DNA from: Kineococcus radiotolerans SRS30216 = ATCC BAA-149
GTDB lineage: Bacteria; Actinomycetota; Actinomycetes; Actinomycetales; Kineococcaceae
Length of the DNA: 32,000 nucleotides
Direction: 5' to 3'
Assembly: GCF_000017305.1 (NCBI RefSeq)
Contig: NC_009664.2
Coordinates: forward strand, 1,290,001-1,322,000
Shown: positions 23,738 through 32,000 of the stretch, piece by piece
Layout: each line of letters starts with the position of its first letter
Numbering within the stretch: position 1 is the first letter of the stretch
Position numbers and translations under genes: made by a program
Notes under the pieces: generated by a model
The model's input: the letters and a program-made list of their open reading frames with translations, nothing else
Databases searched by the model: none
What the model was told of the DNA's origin: nothing

Positions 23738-25165
23738 CTAGCGGGCGCGGGTGCCCCGCACCAGCGCGTGCAGCGTCACGGCCGCCGTCCCGGAGCGCAC
23801 GGTGACCGTCCCGCCCTGGAAGTCCTGCTGGACCCCGCCGGGCACCGCGCGGGGTCCGGAGACGGGGTACCCCAGGACGCCGCCCTCCCAGCCGCGCGCG
23901 CCCCAGGCGTCGCGGACGGCGAGCGGGACGGCGTGCGTGCCCGAGGCGGGGCTGGAGTAGATCGACCCGCCCGTGAAGCGCTGGCCGGACCCGCCGGCGG
24001 GCAACCCGGCGAAGGCGCCCGAGGCGGGGAACCCGAGGGTCCCCGTCTCCCAGCCCTGCGCGGCCCAGGCGTCGCGGACGGCGCCGGTGACGGCGTGGGT
24101 GCCGGCGCCGCTGGAGTAGAGCGAACCGCCCTGGAAGCGGGCGTAGGAACCGCCGGGCAGCCCGGTCGCCGTCGAGGTCGGGAACCCGAGGAACCCGTTC
24201 TCCCAGCCCGCGGCGCCGTAGGCGTCGAGCAGGGCGCCGCCGAGGGCGTGCGCGCCGGTGGCCGGCGACCAGTAGGCGACCCCGCCCTGGAAGCGCTGGG
24301 CGAAACCGCCGCGGACCGCGAACTCGGCCCCGGTCGGGTAACCCAGCCAGGAGTTCTCGTACCCCATCGAGCCCCAGCGCTCGCGCAGCGCGCCGCGCAC
24401 GACCTGGGCCCCGGTCGCGGGGCTCCAGTAGACCGACCCGCCCGCGAAGGCCTGGGCGTACCCGCCCCCGCGCAGCGGCCCGATCTCGCGCGCCACCGGC
24501 AGGCCCAGGAAACCGGTGTTGGCCCCGGTCGCGGTGTAGGACTGCAGGATCGCGCCCTTGACGGGGACGCCGGCGTAGCTGCGGGAACCGTCGGGGTTCG
24601 CCGTCACCAGCGGGGTGCGGCGGGGGGAGCCGAAGTTCGCGACCCAGTAGGAGCGCCAGACGGTGCGCCCGCCCGACTGCAGGGTGGTGTAGACCATCCC
24701 GATGCCGACGCTGCTGTAGGTGCGGTCCTGCAGGACGGCGCGGTGGGGGTCGGACTTCATCCAGGTGTCGACGGCGAGGTCGCCGTTCTCCAGGCCGCGG
24801 GTGTCGGGGTTGCCCATGTCGGCGGTGGCCACGATCTCGCCCCAGCGCGGGAAGTCCGACAGCAGCGTGGCGAGGTTCGGGTTGTGCTTCATGCCGTCGC
24901 CCTGGCCGAGGACCGCGGCCCAGTCCTGCGCGACGGCGCCCAGGGTCGGGTCCAGGCTCACCGCGGGCGCGCCGATCTTCGCGCGCTCGCGGTTGAGGCC
25001 GTCGAGGATCTGCTGCTGCTGGGTGGCGACCGGGACGACGGGGGTGAGGACCTGCGCGGCCGCGGCGGCGGGCAGGGCCGTCACCACCTCGGCGACGCCC
25101 CCGCAGGGGACGGCGACGAGCGCGGCGAGGAGCGGGGCCACCAGTCGGGCGCGGAGGTTCTTCAC
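23738..25165 (-). CDS. Secreted CAP (SCP/PR-1-like) domain protein with five C-terminal LGFP repeats
   Basis: Signal peptide is MKNLRARLVAPLLAALVAVP. The CAP-like region is ILDGLNRERAKIGAPAV..HNPNL..W(M)KSDPHRAVLQD..VGIG. It is followed by five repeats of about 50 aa of the type GflG(F/Y)P..G..q.F.GG.iYwSpatGah.v.GaiRdaW. Confidence 0.8.
   Translation of the reverse strand: MKNLRARLVAPLLAALVAVPCGGVAEVVTALPAAAAAQVLTPVVPVATQQQQILDGLNRERAKIGAPAVSLDPTLGAVAQDWAAVLGQGDGMKHNPNLATLLSDFPRWGEIVATADMGNPDTRGLENGDLAVDTWMKSDPHRAVLQDRTYSSVGIGMVYTTLQSGGRTVWRSYWVANFGSPRRTPLVTANPDGSRSYAGVPVKGAILQSYTATGANTGFLGLPVAREIGPLRGGGYAQAFAGGSVYWSPATGAQVVRGALRERWGSMGYENSWLGYPTGAEFAVRGGFAQRFQGGVAYWSPATGAHALGGALLDAYGAAGWENGFLGFPTSTATGLPGGSYARFQGGSLYSSGAGTHAVTGAVRDAWAAQGWETGTLGFPASGAFAGLPAGGSGQRFTGGSIYSSPASGTHAVPLAVRDAWGARGWEGGVLGYPVSGPRAVPGGVQQDFQGGTVTVRSGTAAVTLHALVRGTRAR
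23771..24559 (-). repeat. Five tandem LGFP-type coding repeats (about 150 nt each, diverged)
   Basis: Protein-level periodicity: FLGLP.., WLGYP.., FLGFP.., TLGFP.., VLGYP.. units spanning residues about 203-465 of the CAP-LGFP protein. Confidence 0.8.
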
Positions 25166-25300
25166 CCTCCAGGGATCGTCCCGGCGGGGGTGTCACGACA
25201 GCGACCGGGCGGGTGGTCCCGTCCGGGGGTACCCGGCCCGGCCGCGGTGACCGTGCGTGCTGCGCCACCCGGACGGGTCAACCCGGGGTGGACCGAGGGG

Positions 25301-27166
25301 TCAGGTTCTCTCGATCGCCGCCGGTCGCTGCTGGGCGGCGCGCACCCGCTCCACGTCCAGCTTCACCGACCGGTCGAAGGAGTAGATCCCGTTCTGCTCC
25401 TGGAAGACGTCGGTGAGCTGGGTGTAGCAGTAGCCGAACATCAGCGGGTCGTCCAGCAGGACCCCGGTCAGGCCCTCGAAGCGGTGGTGGAACTCCTCCT
25501 CGCTGCGCGGCGGCTCGCCGTAGCCCCACGAGGACTCCGCCCCGCGGTCGACGTCGGGGTCGCTGGCGGCGGTGTCCGGGCGCCACCAGATCCCGCCGAA
25601 CTCGCTGCAGAACCAGGGCTGCCCCTGGTAGGGCAGGGAGATGACCGTGGTGGTGCCGTGCGCGAAGTTGGTGTCCGGGCGCCCCTGGGCCAGCCCGGCC
25701 ATCTCCCGCGCGAACTCCGCCGGGTCCTGGGTGTAGTTGTGCGAGTCCCACACGTCGGACTCCAGGACGCGGTGGGAGTAGCCGGAGGCGTCCAGCACCG
25801 GGCGGGAGGTGTCCATCGCCTTGGCGGCGAGGAACATCGCCCGCGTCGCGTCGTCGAGGACCTGCCCGCGGTCGGTGAGCGGCTGGTGGGTCTCGTTCAG
25901 CCCGCACCAGCCCACGATCGAGGGGTGGGAGTAGTCGCGCTCCAGCGCCTCCAGCCACTGGCTGACGAAGTTCGGCGTGGGCTGCTGGTACTCCCCGCGG
26001 TGGCTGGAGCCCTCCTCGGCCGCGCCCCAGTCCCCGAACTCGCCCCACACCAGGTAGCCGAGGCGATCGGCGTGGAAGAGGAAGCGCTCCTCGAAGACCT
26101 TCTGGTGCAGCCGGGCGCCGTTGAAGCCGGCCGCCAGGGACAGTTCGATGTCCGCCACCAGCGCGGCGTCGGTGGGCGCGGTCATCAGCCCGTCGGGGTA
26201 GTAGCCCTGGTCCAGCACCAGCCGCTGGAAGACCGGGCGGCCGTTGAGCAGGACGGCCTTGCCGTCGATGCTCACCGAGCGCAGGCCCGCGTAGGTCTCC
26301 ACCGTGTCGACGACGGCGCCGGAGGCGTCGGCGAGGGTCACGGTGACGTCGTACAGGTGCGGGTCGGCGGGCTCCCAGAGCCGGACCCGGTCGGCGGGGA
26401 CGGGCAGGACCAGGCGCGGGGAGAGGTCGAGGTCGGCGCGCACGGTCGCGGTGACGACCTCCCCGGCGGCGTCGCGGACCGAGGCCGTGAGCGTCCAGCC
26501 CGCCCGGTCGCCGACGGCGCCGGTCCCGCTGCGCCGCAGGGGCTGCTCCAGGTGGAAGGTGGAGCCGGCGACGTCGGGGGTGATCCGCGGGCGGCCCAGC
26601 GAGACGTCGGGGACGGGTTCGGCCCAGACGGTCTGCCAGATGCCGGTGGTGCGGGTGTAGAGGCACTCGTAGTTGTCGTAGCGGGTGGACTGCTTGCCGC
26701 GCGCCTGCGGGCCGCGGTGGTCGTCGCGGGCGCGGACGACGACGGTGACGGTGCCGCGGCGGTGGCCGAGGTCGGCGGTGAAGGGGGTGAACCCGCCGCG
26801 GTGGCGCACGACCTCCTCCCCGTCGACCCACACGGTGGCGTCGTGGTCGACGGCGCCGAAGTGCAGCAGCGTCCGGCGCCCGGCCCAGTCCTCGGGGATG
26901 GCGACCTCGCGGCGGTACCAGACCGCGGGCAGGAAGTCGGTGTCCCCGATGCCGGACAGCTCGGACTCGGGGGCGAAGGGCACGGTGATGGACCCCGCCA
27001 GCGGGCGGTCGCGCACGCCGCGCTCCAGGCCGGAGTCGCCCGGGTCCACCTCGAACCCCCAGGTGCCGTTGAGGTTGATCCAGTCGGCGCGCACCACCGA
27101 GGGCCGGGGGTGCTCCGGGCGCGGCACTCCCCCGCCGGCTCCGGCGGTGGTCGGGTCTTGGGGCAC
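25301..27166 (-). CDS. Glycoside hydrolase family 2 protein
   Basis: The GTG at 27166 is preceded by GAGGAGAGAG 3 nt upstream. The N-terminal sugar-binding domain has WGFEVD, VWVDGEEV and GGFTPF. The TIM-barrel has GFNGARLHQK, the acid/base motif WCGLNETH and the nucleophile region FCSEFGG. Confidence 0.82.
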   Translation of the reverse strand: MPQDPTTAGAGGGVPRPEHPRPSVVRADWINLNGTWGFEVDPGDSGLERGVRDRPLAGSITVPFAPESELSGIGDTDFLPAVWYRREVAIPEDWAGRRTLLHFGAVDHDATVWVDGEEVVRHRGGFTPFTADLGHRRGTVTVVVRARDDHRGPQARGKQSTRYDNYECLYTRTTGIWQTVWAEPVPDVSLGRPRITPDVAGSTFHLEQPLRRSGTGAVGDRAGWTLTASVRDAAGEVVTATVRADLDLSPRLVLPVPADRVRLWEPADPHLYDVTVTLADASGAVVDTVETYAGLRSVSIDGKAVLLNGRPVFQRLVLDQGYYPDGLMTAPTDAALVADIELSLAAGFNGARLHQKVFEERFLFHADRLGYLVWGEFGDWGAAEEGSSHRGEYQQPTPNFVSQWLEALERDYSHPSIVGWCGLNETHQPLTDRGQVLDDATRAMFLAAKAMDTSRPVLDASGYSHRVLESDVWDSHNYTQDPAEFAREMAGLAQGRPDTNFAHGTTTVISLPYQGQPWFCSEFGGIWWRPDTAASDPDVDRGAESSWGYGEPPRSEEEFHHRFEGLTGVLLDDPLMFGYCYTQLTDVFQEQNGIYSFDRSVKLDVERVRAAQQRPAAIERT

Positions 27167-27353
27167 GAGCTCTCTCCTCAGGGTCGCCGGCGACGACGGC
27201 GGCGGGCTTCCCGTCCGCCGCACCGTCGGCCGGGGTCGTGCGGCGCCGGGCGGCCCGGTCCCGGGAGCGCGGCACCGTCAGCGGTGCGGCGCCCACTCTG
27301 CCCCGTCCCGCACCGGTCCGGCAACCGTCCGGTCACGGCCCGGCACCGTTGCG

Positions 27354-27365
27354 TGCATCGTTGCA
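27354..27365. promoter_or_regulatory. Candidate LacI-type operator A (TGCATCGTTGCA, central CG)
   Basis: Five of six palindromic pairs match. It lies in the 344-bp GH2/ABC divergent region. Confidence 0.45.
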
Positions 27366-27387
27366 AGGCCAACCTCCCGAAGCTCTA

Positions 27388-27399
27388 TGCAGCGTTGCA
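27388..27399. promoter_or_regulatory. Candidate LacI-type operator B (TGCAGCGTTGCA, central CG)
   Basis: Five of six palindromic pairs match. It has the same TGCAnCGTTGCA pattern 34 bp downstream of site A. A TAAGTT -10-like hexamer lies at 27410..27415. Confidence 0.45.
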
Positions 27400-27510
27400 A
27401 ACGACGTGCTAAGTTCCGCACCACTGAACGGGACAGCGCGGTTCCCGGGTGCTCGTGAGCGCCAGGACCGCTCTGCCACGACCGCCAACGACGGCAGGGA
27501 CGGACCACGA

Positions 27511-28878
27511 GTGAACAGTCATCCCCCGACACCCCGCGCACGGGGTGCCCTCAGCCGGCGCAACCTGCTGCGCGGCGGCCTGGCCGCCGGCGGGCTCGGC
27601 GCCGTCGCCGCCACCTCCGGGTGCGGTTCGCCCCTGGCCGCGGGCCTGGCCGGCACCCAGCTGAACCCCGGGACGGTGACGTTCTGGAACCTCTTCGGCG
27701 GTGGTGACGGTGCGCGGCTGCAGCTGATGCTCGACGAGTACCGCCGGCAGCAGGGCAGCACCGAGTCCCTCCAGGCGGCCACCTTCGCGTGGGGCAACCC
27801 GTACTACACGAAGGTGTCCCTCGCCACGCTGGGCAACAAGCCGCCGGACGTGGCGGTCGCCCACCTCACCCGCGCCTCCAACCTCGCCGCGGCGGGCCTG
27901 CTGGCCCCGATCACCGACGACGTCCTGGCCCTGGCCGGGCTCGCCAGCAGCGACTTCAACGAGCGCGCGTGGGAGGCCTCGAAGTTCGAGGGCCAGGCCT
28001 ACGCCATCCCCCTGGACACCCACCCGTGGGTGCTCTTCTTCAACGCCGACGTCTGCCAGGCCGCCGGGCTCCTGGGGCCCGACGGCGAGCTCGCGCCCAT
28101 CGAGGGGCTCGAGGCGTGGGAGGCGGCGCTCACCGCGGGCAAGGAAGCCTCCGGCGGGTTCGGCGCCACGACGGCCACGGTGGCCGACGACTCCAACAAC
28201 TGGCGGTTCTTCAACACCGTCTACAGCCAGCGCGAGGGGAACACCCCGCTCATCGACGACGAGGGCCTCTCGGTCACGATGAACGACGAGCTCGCCGTCG
28301 ACACCCTGGCGACGATGCGCAGCTGGGTGGAGAAGGGCCTCATGCCCGCCACCGTGGACACCCCGGGCGCGGAGACGCTCATGTTCACGGGCAAGTCGGC
28401 GTTCTTCATGAACGGCGAGTGGGAGGTCACGACCGCCCAGAGCATCGAGGGCCTGAACTTCGGCATGACCGCCTTCCCGACCCTGTTCGACCGGCCCGCC
28501 GCGCACGCCGACTCCCACGCCTTCGTCCTGCCCCGCATGGAGCGCGACGACGCGCAGCTGGAGCGGGCGATGGGCTTCGTGAAGTCGCTGCTGGACCAGG
28601 GCATGACCTGGGCCGAGGGCGGGCACATCCCGACCTACCTGCCCACCTTCGAGAGCAGCGAGTACCAGCAGCTCGAACCGATGTCGAACTACGCCGACGC
28701 GGCCTCCTACGCCTCCTACGACCCGCCGGCCTGGTACTCCGGCTCGGGTTCGAACTTCGAGACCGTCACGGGCGCGACCATCGGCCTCGTCCAGCAGGGC
28801 CTCACCAAGCCCGCGGACGCCGTCGCCGGCATCCGCGCGGCGCTGGAGAACTACGCCAAGACGGCGAACCCGCTGTGA
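27511..28878 (+). CDS. ABC transporter extracellular sugar-binding lipoprotein
   Basis: Starts at the GTG at 27511. The Tat-like motif is SRRNLLRGG and the lipobox is TSGC. The fold is that of CUT1 solute-binding proteins. Confidence 0.88.
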   Translation: MNSHPPTPRARGALSRRNLLRGGLAAGGLGAVAATSGCGSPLAAGLAGTQLNPGTVTFWNLFGGGDGARLQLMLDEYRRQQGSTESLQAATFAWGNPYYTKVSLATLGNKPPDVAVAHLTRASNLAAAGLLAPITDDVLALAGLASSDFNERAWEASKFEGQAYAIPLDTHPWVLFFNADVCQAAGLLGPDGELAPIEGLEAWEAALTAGKEASGGFGATTATVADDSNNWRFFNTVYSQREGNTPLIDDEGLSVTMNDELAVDTLATMRSWVEKGLMPATVDTPGAETLMFTGKSAFFMNGEWEVTTAQSIEGLNFGMTAFPTLFDRPAAHADSHAFVLPRMERDDAQLERAMGFVKSLLDQGMTWAEGGHIPTYLPTFESSEYQQLEPMSNYADAASYASYDPPAWYSGSGSNFETVTGATIGLVQQGLTKPADAVAGIRAALENYAKTANPL

Positions 28879-28915
28879 CCGCCCCGACCTCCCCCGCTCC
28901 TGGAGAAGACAACCG

Positions 28916-29857
28916 ATGAGCGCACAAACCGTCGGCGCGCAGCCCGCCGTCACGAACGTCCCCCGCGGCGACGAGGGGCAGACCGGGGGCCGGCAGCGGT
29001 CCGCCTGGCTGTTCATCGCCCCGTTCGGCTTCTTCTACGTGTGCTTCCTGCTCGGCCCGTCGCTGTACATGTTCGTGGCGAGCTTCTTCGACACGTCCAT
29101 CGTCAAGAACGGGCTGGGCAACTTCATCGGCCTGGAGAACTACAGCGCCCTGATGCAGTCGAGGGACTTCTGGTCCTCGATGTGGCACACGCTGCAGTTC
29201 ACGATCTACACCGTGCCGCCGCTGGTGATCCTGTCCTTCGTGTTCGCGGTGCTGGCCAACCGGATGCCGCGCGGCTCGACGTTCTGGCGCCTCGCCTTCT
29301 TCACCCCCTACATCCTGCCCTCGGCGGCCATCTCGCTGATCTGGGTGTTCATCTTCACCGCGGACACCGGCCTGTGGGCCACCGTGCAGAAGTGGCTCGG
29401 TTCCGAGGCCCCGACCCCGGTGCTGGGCACCCCGAGCCTGGCCATGGTCGGCGTCGCCATCGCCACCATCTGGTGGACGATCGGCTTCAACTTCATCCTC
29501 TACCTGGCCGGTCTGCAGGACATCCCCCGCGAGCTCTACGAGGCGGCCGCCATCGACGGCGCGACGCCCTGGCAGCAGATCCGCCACCTCACGATCCCGC
29601 TGCTGAGCCGCACGACCACGCTGGTGCTGCTGCTGCAGATCATCGCCAGCCTGAAGATCTTCGACCAGGTCTACCTCATGACCAGCGGCGGCCCCGGGAC
29701 GAGCACGGAGACCGCGCTGGTCTTCATCACCAAGACCGGGTTCACCGACTTCCGGATCGGCGCGGCCGCCGCGGCGTCGTTCCTGCTCTTCGTCGTCATC
29801 GTCGCCATCGCCGTGATCCGGCAGCTCGCCGAGCGCGCTCAGCAGAAGGGAGCCTGA
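28916..29857 (+). CDS. Sugar ABC transporter permease (CUT1)
   Basis: A 313-aa ORF with GGAGAAGA upstream and the EAA loop EAAAIDGATPWQQIRHLTIPLL. Confidence 0.9.
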   Translation: MSAQTVGAQPAVTNVPRGDEGQTGGRQRSAWLFIAPFGFFYVCFLLGPSLYMFVASFFDTSIVKNGLGNFIGLENYSALMQSRDFWSSMWHTLQFTIYTVPPLVILSFVFAVLANRMPRGSTFWRLAFFTPYILPSAAISLIWVFIFTADTGLWATVQKWLGSEAPTPVLGTPSLAMVGVAIATIWWTIGFNFILYLAGLQDIPRELYEAAAIDGATPWQQIRHLTIPLLSRTTTLVLLLQIIASLKIFDQVYLMTSGGPGTSTETALVFITKTGFTDFRIGAAAAASFLLFVVIVAIAVIRQLAERAQQKGA

Positions 29858-29858
29858 C

Positions 29859-30767
29859 ATGGCGACCATCGACACGTCCGGCAGCCGCCGGTCCGGCGTC
29901 TCCGTCGCCGCCCCCCGGGCCCGCGTCGCCAAGCCCGGCGCCAACGGCGGCAAGACCTTCAACCGGATCACCGCCGTCGTCCTCGGGATCTTCGCCGTCA
30001 TCTGGCTCATCCCGAGCCTGTGGGCGATCAAGACCTCCTTCACCGACAACGCCGTCTCGGCGCTGGGCACCCAGGCGATCCTCAAGGACGTCAACCCGAC
30101 GCTGGCGTCGTACTCCGCCCTGCTGGGCGGGGGCGACCTGTGGAACTGGTACCTGGCCAGCTTCATCACCTCGACGCTGTCCGCGGCGCTGGTCGTAGTC
30201 TTCGCCTCCATGGCGGCGTTCGCGATCTCCCGGATGCGCTTCCGCGGCCGCAACGTCGTCTTCGTCCTGCTGCTGGCCGGGATCATGGTCCCCGCCGACG
30301 TGCTGATCATCCCGATCTTCCAGCTGCTGAACTCCGTCGGGCTGCTCAACACCTACTGGGCGGTGATCTTCCCGCAGGTCTCCAGCGTCATCGCGCTGTT
30401 CGTCTTCAAGCAGTTCTTCGACGGCCTGCCCAAGGAGCTGGAGGAGGCCGCCCGCCTGGACGGCGCCACCAACTGGCGCATCTACCGCTCGGTCATCATG
30501 CCCCTGTCGCGCCCGGTCCTGTCGGCCATGGCGATCGTCACCTTCGTGGGCGTGTGGAACAACCTGATCCTGCCCCTGTACGTGCTGTCCAACCCCGACC
30601 TCATGACGATCCCCGTCGGCCTGGCCACCGTCCAGGGCTCCTTCGGCCAGCGGTTCTCCGACATCCAGGCCTCCACGATCCTCGGCGCCCTGCCGCTGGT
30701 CGTCCTGTTCCTCGTCTTCCAGCGCCGCATCGTCGAGGGCGTCGCCGGCACCGGTCTGAAGGGCTGA
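29859..30767 (+). CDS. Carbohydrate ABC transporter permease (CUT1)
   Basis: A 302-aa ORF starting 1 nt after the previous stop, with the EAA loop [21 protein letters not shown]. Confidence 0.9.
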   Translation: MATIDTSGSRRSGVSVAAPRARVAKPGANGGKTFNRITAVVLGIFAVIWLIPSLWAIKTSFTDNAVSALGTQAILKDVNPTLASYSALLGGGDLWNWYLASFITSTLSAALVVVFASMAAFAISRMRFRGRNVVFVLLLAGIMVPADVLIIPIFQLLNSVGLLNTYWAVIFPQVSSVIALFVFKQFFDGLPKELEEAARLDGATNWRIYRSVIMPLSRPVLSAMAIVTFVGVWNNLILPLYVLSNPDLMTIPVGLATVQGSFGQRFSDIQASTILGALPLVVLFLVFQRRIVEGVAGTGLKG

Positions 30768-30774
30768 ACCACCT

Positions 30775-32000
30775 GTGAGCACCACTGCACCGACCAGCGG
30801 GACCCTGCACGGCGTCGTGGACCTCGACGTCGCCGGCGCCACCATCAGCCGCCACCTCTACGGCCACTTCGCGGAGCACCTCGGCCGGTGCATCTACGAG
30901 GGGTTCTGGGTCGGGGAGGACTCCCCGATCCAGAACACCTCCGGCGTCCGCGACGACGTCGTGCAGGCCCTGAAGGACATCAGCATCCCCAACCTGCGTT
31001 GGCCCGGGGGCTGCTTCGCCGACGAGTACCACTGGGAGAACGGCGTCGGCCCCCGCGAGGACCGCCCCTCGATGGTCAACACCCACTGGGGCGACGTCGT
31101 CGAGGACAACTCCTTCGGCACCCACGAGTTCATGCGGCTGTGCGAGCTGCTGGGGGCGGAGCCCTACGTCTCGGGCAACGTCGGCTCGGGCACGGTCCAG
31201 GAGATGAGCGACTGGGTCGAGTACCTCACCCGCTCCGGCGACGCCCCCATGTCCCGGCTGCGCCGCGAGCACGGGCGCACCGAGCCGTGGAAGGTGCCGT
31301 TCTGGGGCGTCGGCAACGAGGCCTGGGGCTGCGGCGGCAACATGACCGCCGAGCAGTACGCCCAGCTCGCCTCCCAGTTCTCCACCTACGCCCGCAACCA
31401 CGACGGCAACGAGCTGTACCGCATCGCCGCCGGCCCCAACCGCGACGACTACCACTGGACCGAGACGCTGATGAAGTCGATCAGCACCCTCGGCGGCCCC
31501 GTGGAGGAGCGCCACCACCAGCGCTGGCAGGCGCTGTCGTTCCACTACTACACCCACGCCAGCGACGACTGGCAGCACAAGGGCTCGGCGACGGAGTTCG
31601 ACGCCGGCGAGTACCACGCCACGATGGTCAACGCCTGGCGCATCGACGAGATCGTCCGCGGCCACTCCCGGGTCATGGACGCCTACGACCCCGACGCGAC
31701 CATCGGCCTCGTCTGCGACGAGTGGGGCACCTGGTGGGACGTCGAACCCGGCACCAACCCCGGGTTCCTCTTCCAGCAGAACACCCTGCGCGACGCGCTG
31801 GTGGCCGGTCTGCACTTCGACGTCTTCCACGCCAACGCCCGCCGGCTGGTGATGGCCAACATCGCCCAGACGGTCAACGTGCTGCAGGCGATGGTCCTCA
31901 CCGACGGGGCGCGGATGGTCCTCACCCCGACGTACCACGTGTTCGCGATGAACGCCGGGCACCAGGACGCCACCAGCCACCCCGTGCACGTCGTCGCCGG
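30775..32000 (+). CDS. abfA: Alpha-L-arabinofuranosidase, glycoside hydrolase family 51 (C-terminus lies beyond the right window edge)
   Basis: It is not in the track because it runs off the edge. My translation from the GTG at 30775 gives [54 protein letters not shown] and [10 protein letters not shown], which are GH51 hallmark motifs including both catalytic Glu contexts. Confidence 0.85.
   Translation, partial: MSTTAPTSGTLHGVVDLDVAGATISRHLYGHFAEHLGRCIYEGFWVGEDSPIQNTSGVRDDVVQALKDISIPNLRWPGGCFADEYHWENGVGPREDRPSMVNTHWGDVVEDNSFGTHEFMRLCELLGAEPYVSGNVGSGTVQEMSDWVEYLTRSGDAPMSRLRREHGRTEPWKVPFWGVGNEAWGCGGNMTAEQYAQLASQFSTYARNHDGNELYRIAAGPNRDDYHWTETLMKSISTLGGPVEERHHQRWQALSFHYYTHASDDWQHKGSATEFDAGEYHATMVNAWRIDEIVRGHSRVMDAYDPDATIGLVCDEWGTWWDVEPGTNPGFLFQQNTLRDALVAGLHFDVFHANARRLVMANIAQTVNVLQAMVLTDGARMVLTPTYHVFAMNAGHQDATSHPVHVVA

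Noticed and set aside
25218-25277. 10-bp inverted repeat cccgtccggg / cccggacggg separated by 40 nt, between the GH2 stop and the CAP-LGFP start
   Set aside because: The loop is long and the stem does not extend. It could be a weak terminator, but it is not distinguishable from chance GC-rich complementarity.
23768-27412. A 1214-aa plus-strand ORF spanning the LGFP and GH2 gene regions
   Set aside because: It is antisense to two genes with clear domain signatures. The translation is dominated by G/A/R/P/V runs with no motifs. It is a shadow ORF.
30601-31989. A 462-aa minus-strand ORF at the right end, plus the ORFs 27409..29016 and 28802..30352
   Set aside because: They are antisense to the GH51, binding-protein and permease genes, all of which have clear motifs. 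They have shadow-ORF composition.
1-32000. Looked for tRNA, rRNA, CRISPR arrays, IS/transposase or integrase genes, toxin-antitoxin pairs and defence-system hallmarks
   Set aside because: I saw no repeat-spacer periodicity, no cloverleaf-like AT-balanced segments, no terminal inverted repeats flanking a transposase-like ORF, and no nuclease, helicase or methylase genes other than recC. Every gap longer than 100 bp is accounted for as a promoter or terminator region. Absence is judged by eye only.

Overview
This is a very GC-rich chromosomal segment (about 70-75% by eye, GC3 near 100% in real genes), typical of Actinomycetota. It is densely packed with about 32 CDS. I found no rRNA, tRNA, CRISPR array, transposase, integrase or phage genes. 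Most long ORFs in the track are antisense or frame-shifted shadow ORFs caused by GC content; I chose real genes by protein plausibility, GC3, RBS and start context. From left to right:
- recC, truncated at the left edge
- a luciferase-like monooxygenase convergent with a ThrE-type exporter
- a small secreted protein
- an orphan gene, then a translationally coupled histidine phosphatase and P-loop kinase
- a tight four-gene operon: DtxR/MntR-family regulator, ribokinase, Gfo/Idh/MocA oxidoreductase, deazaflavin-dependent nitroreductase-family protein. A perfect 24-bp palindrome lies upstream of it.
- a divergent small membrane protein and a class-V-fold PLP enzyme (possibly EgtE-like)
- several small stress-type proteins
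- a ThuA/ThuB-type sugar ABC locus with a divergent LacI regulator
- an aldo-keto reductase, DUF4037 and PH-like trio
- a secreted CAP-domain protein with five LGFP repeats
- a GH2 gene divergent from a second ABC sugar operon ending in a GH51 arabinofuranosidase, truncated at the right edge

I did not find a convincing novel multi-gene system such as a defence island or mobile element. The most notable items are candidate regulatory sites, a conserved gene with no canonical start codon, and some unusual operon compositions. All family assignments come from motif recognition only; no searches were run.
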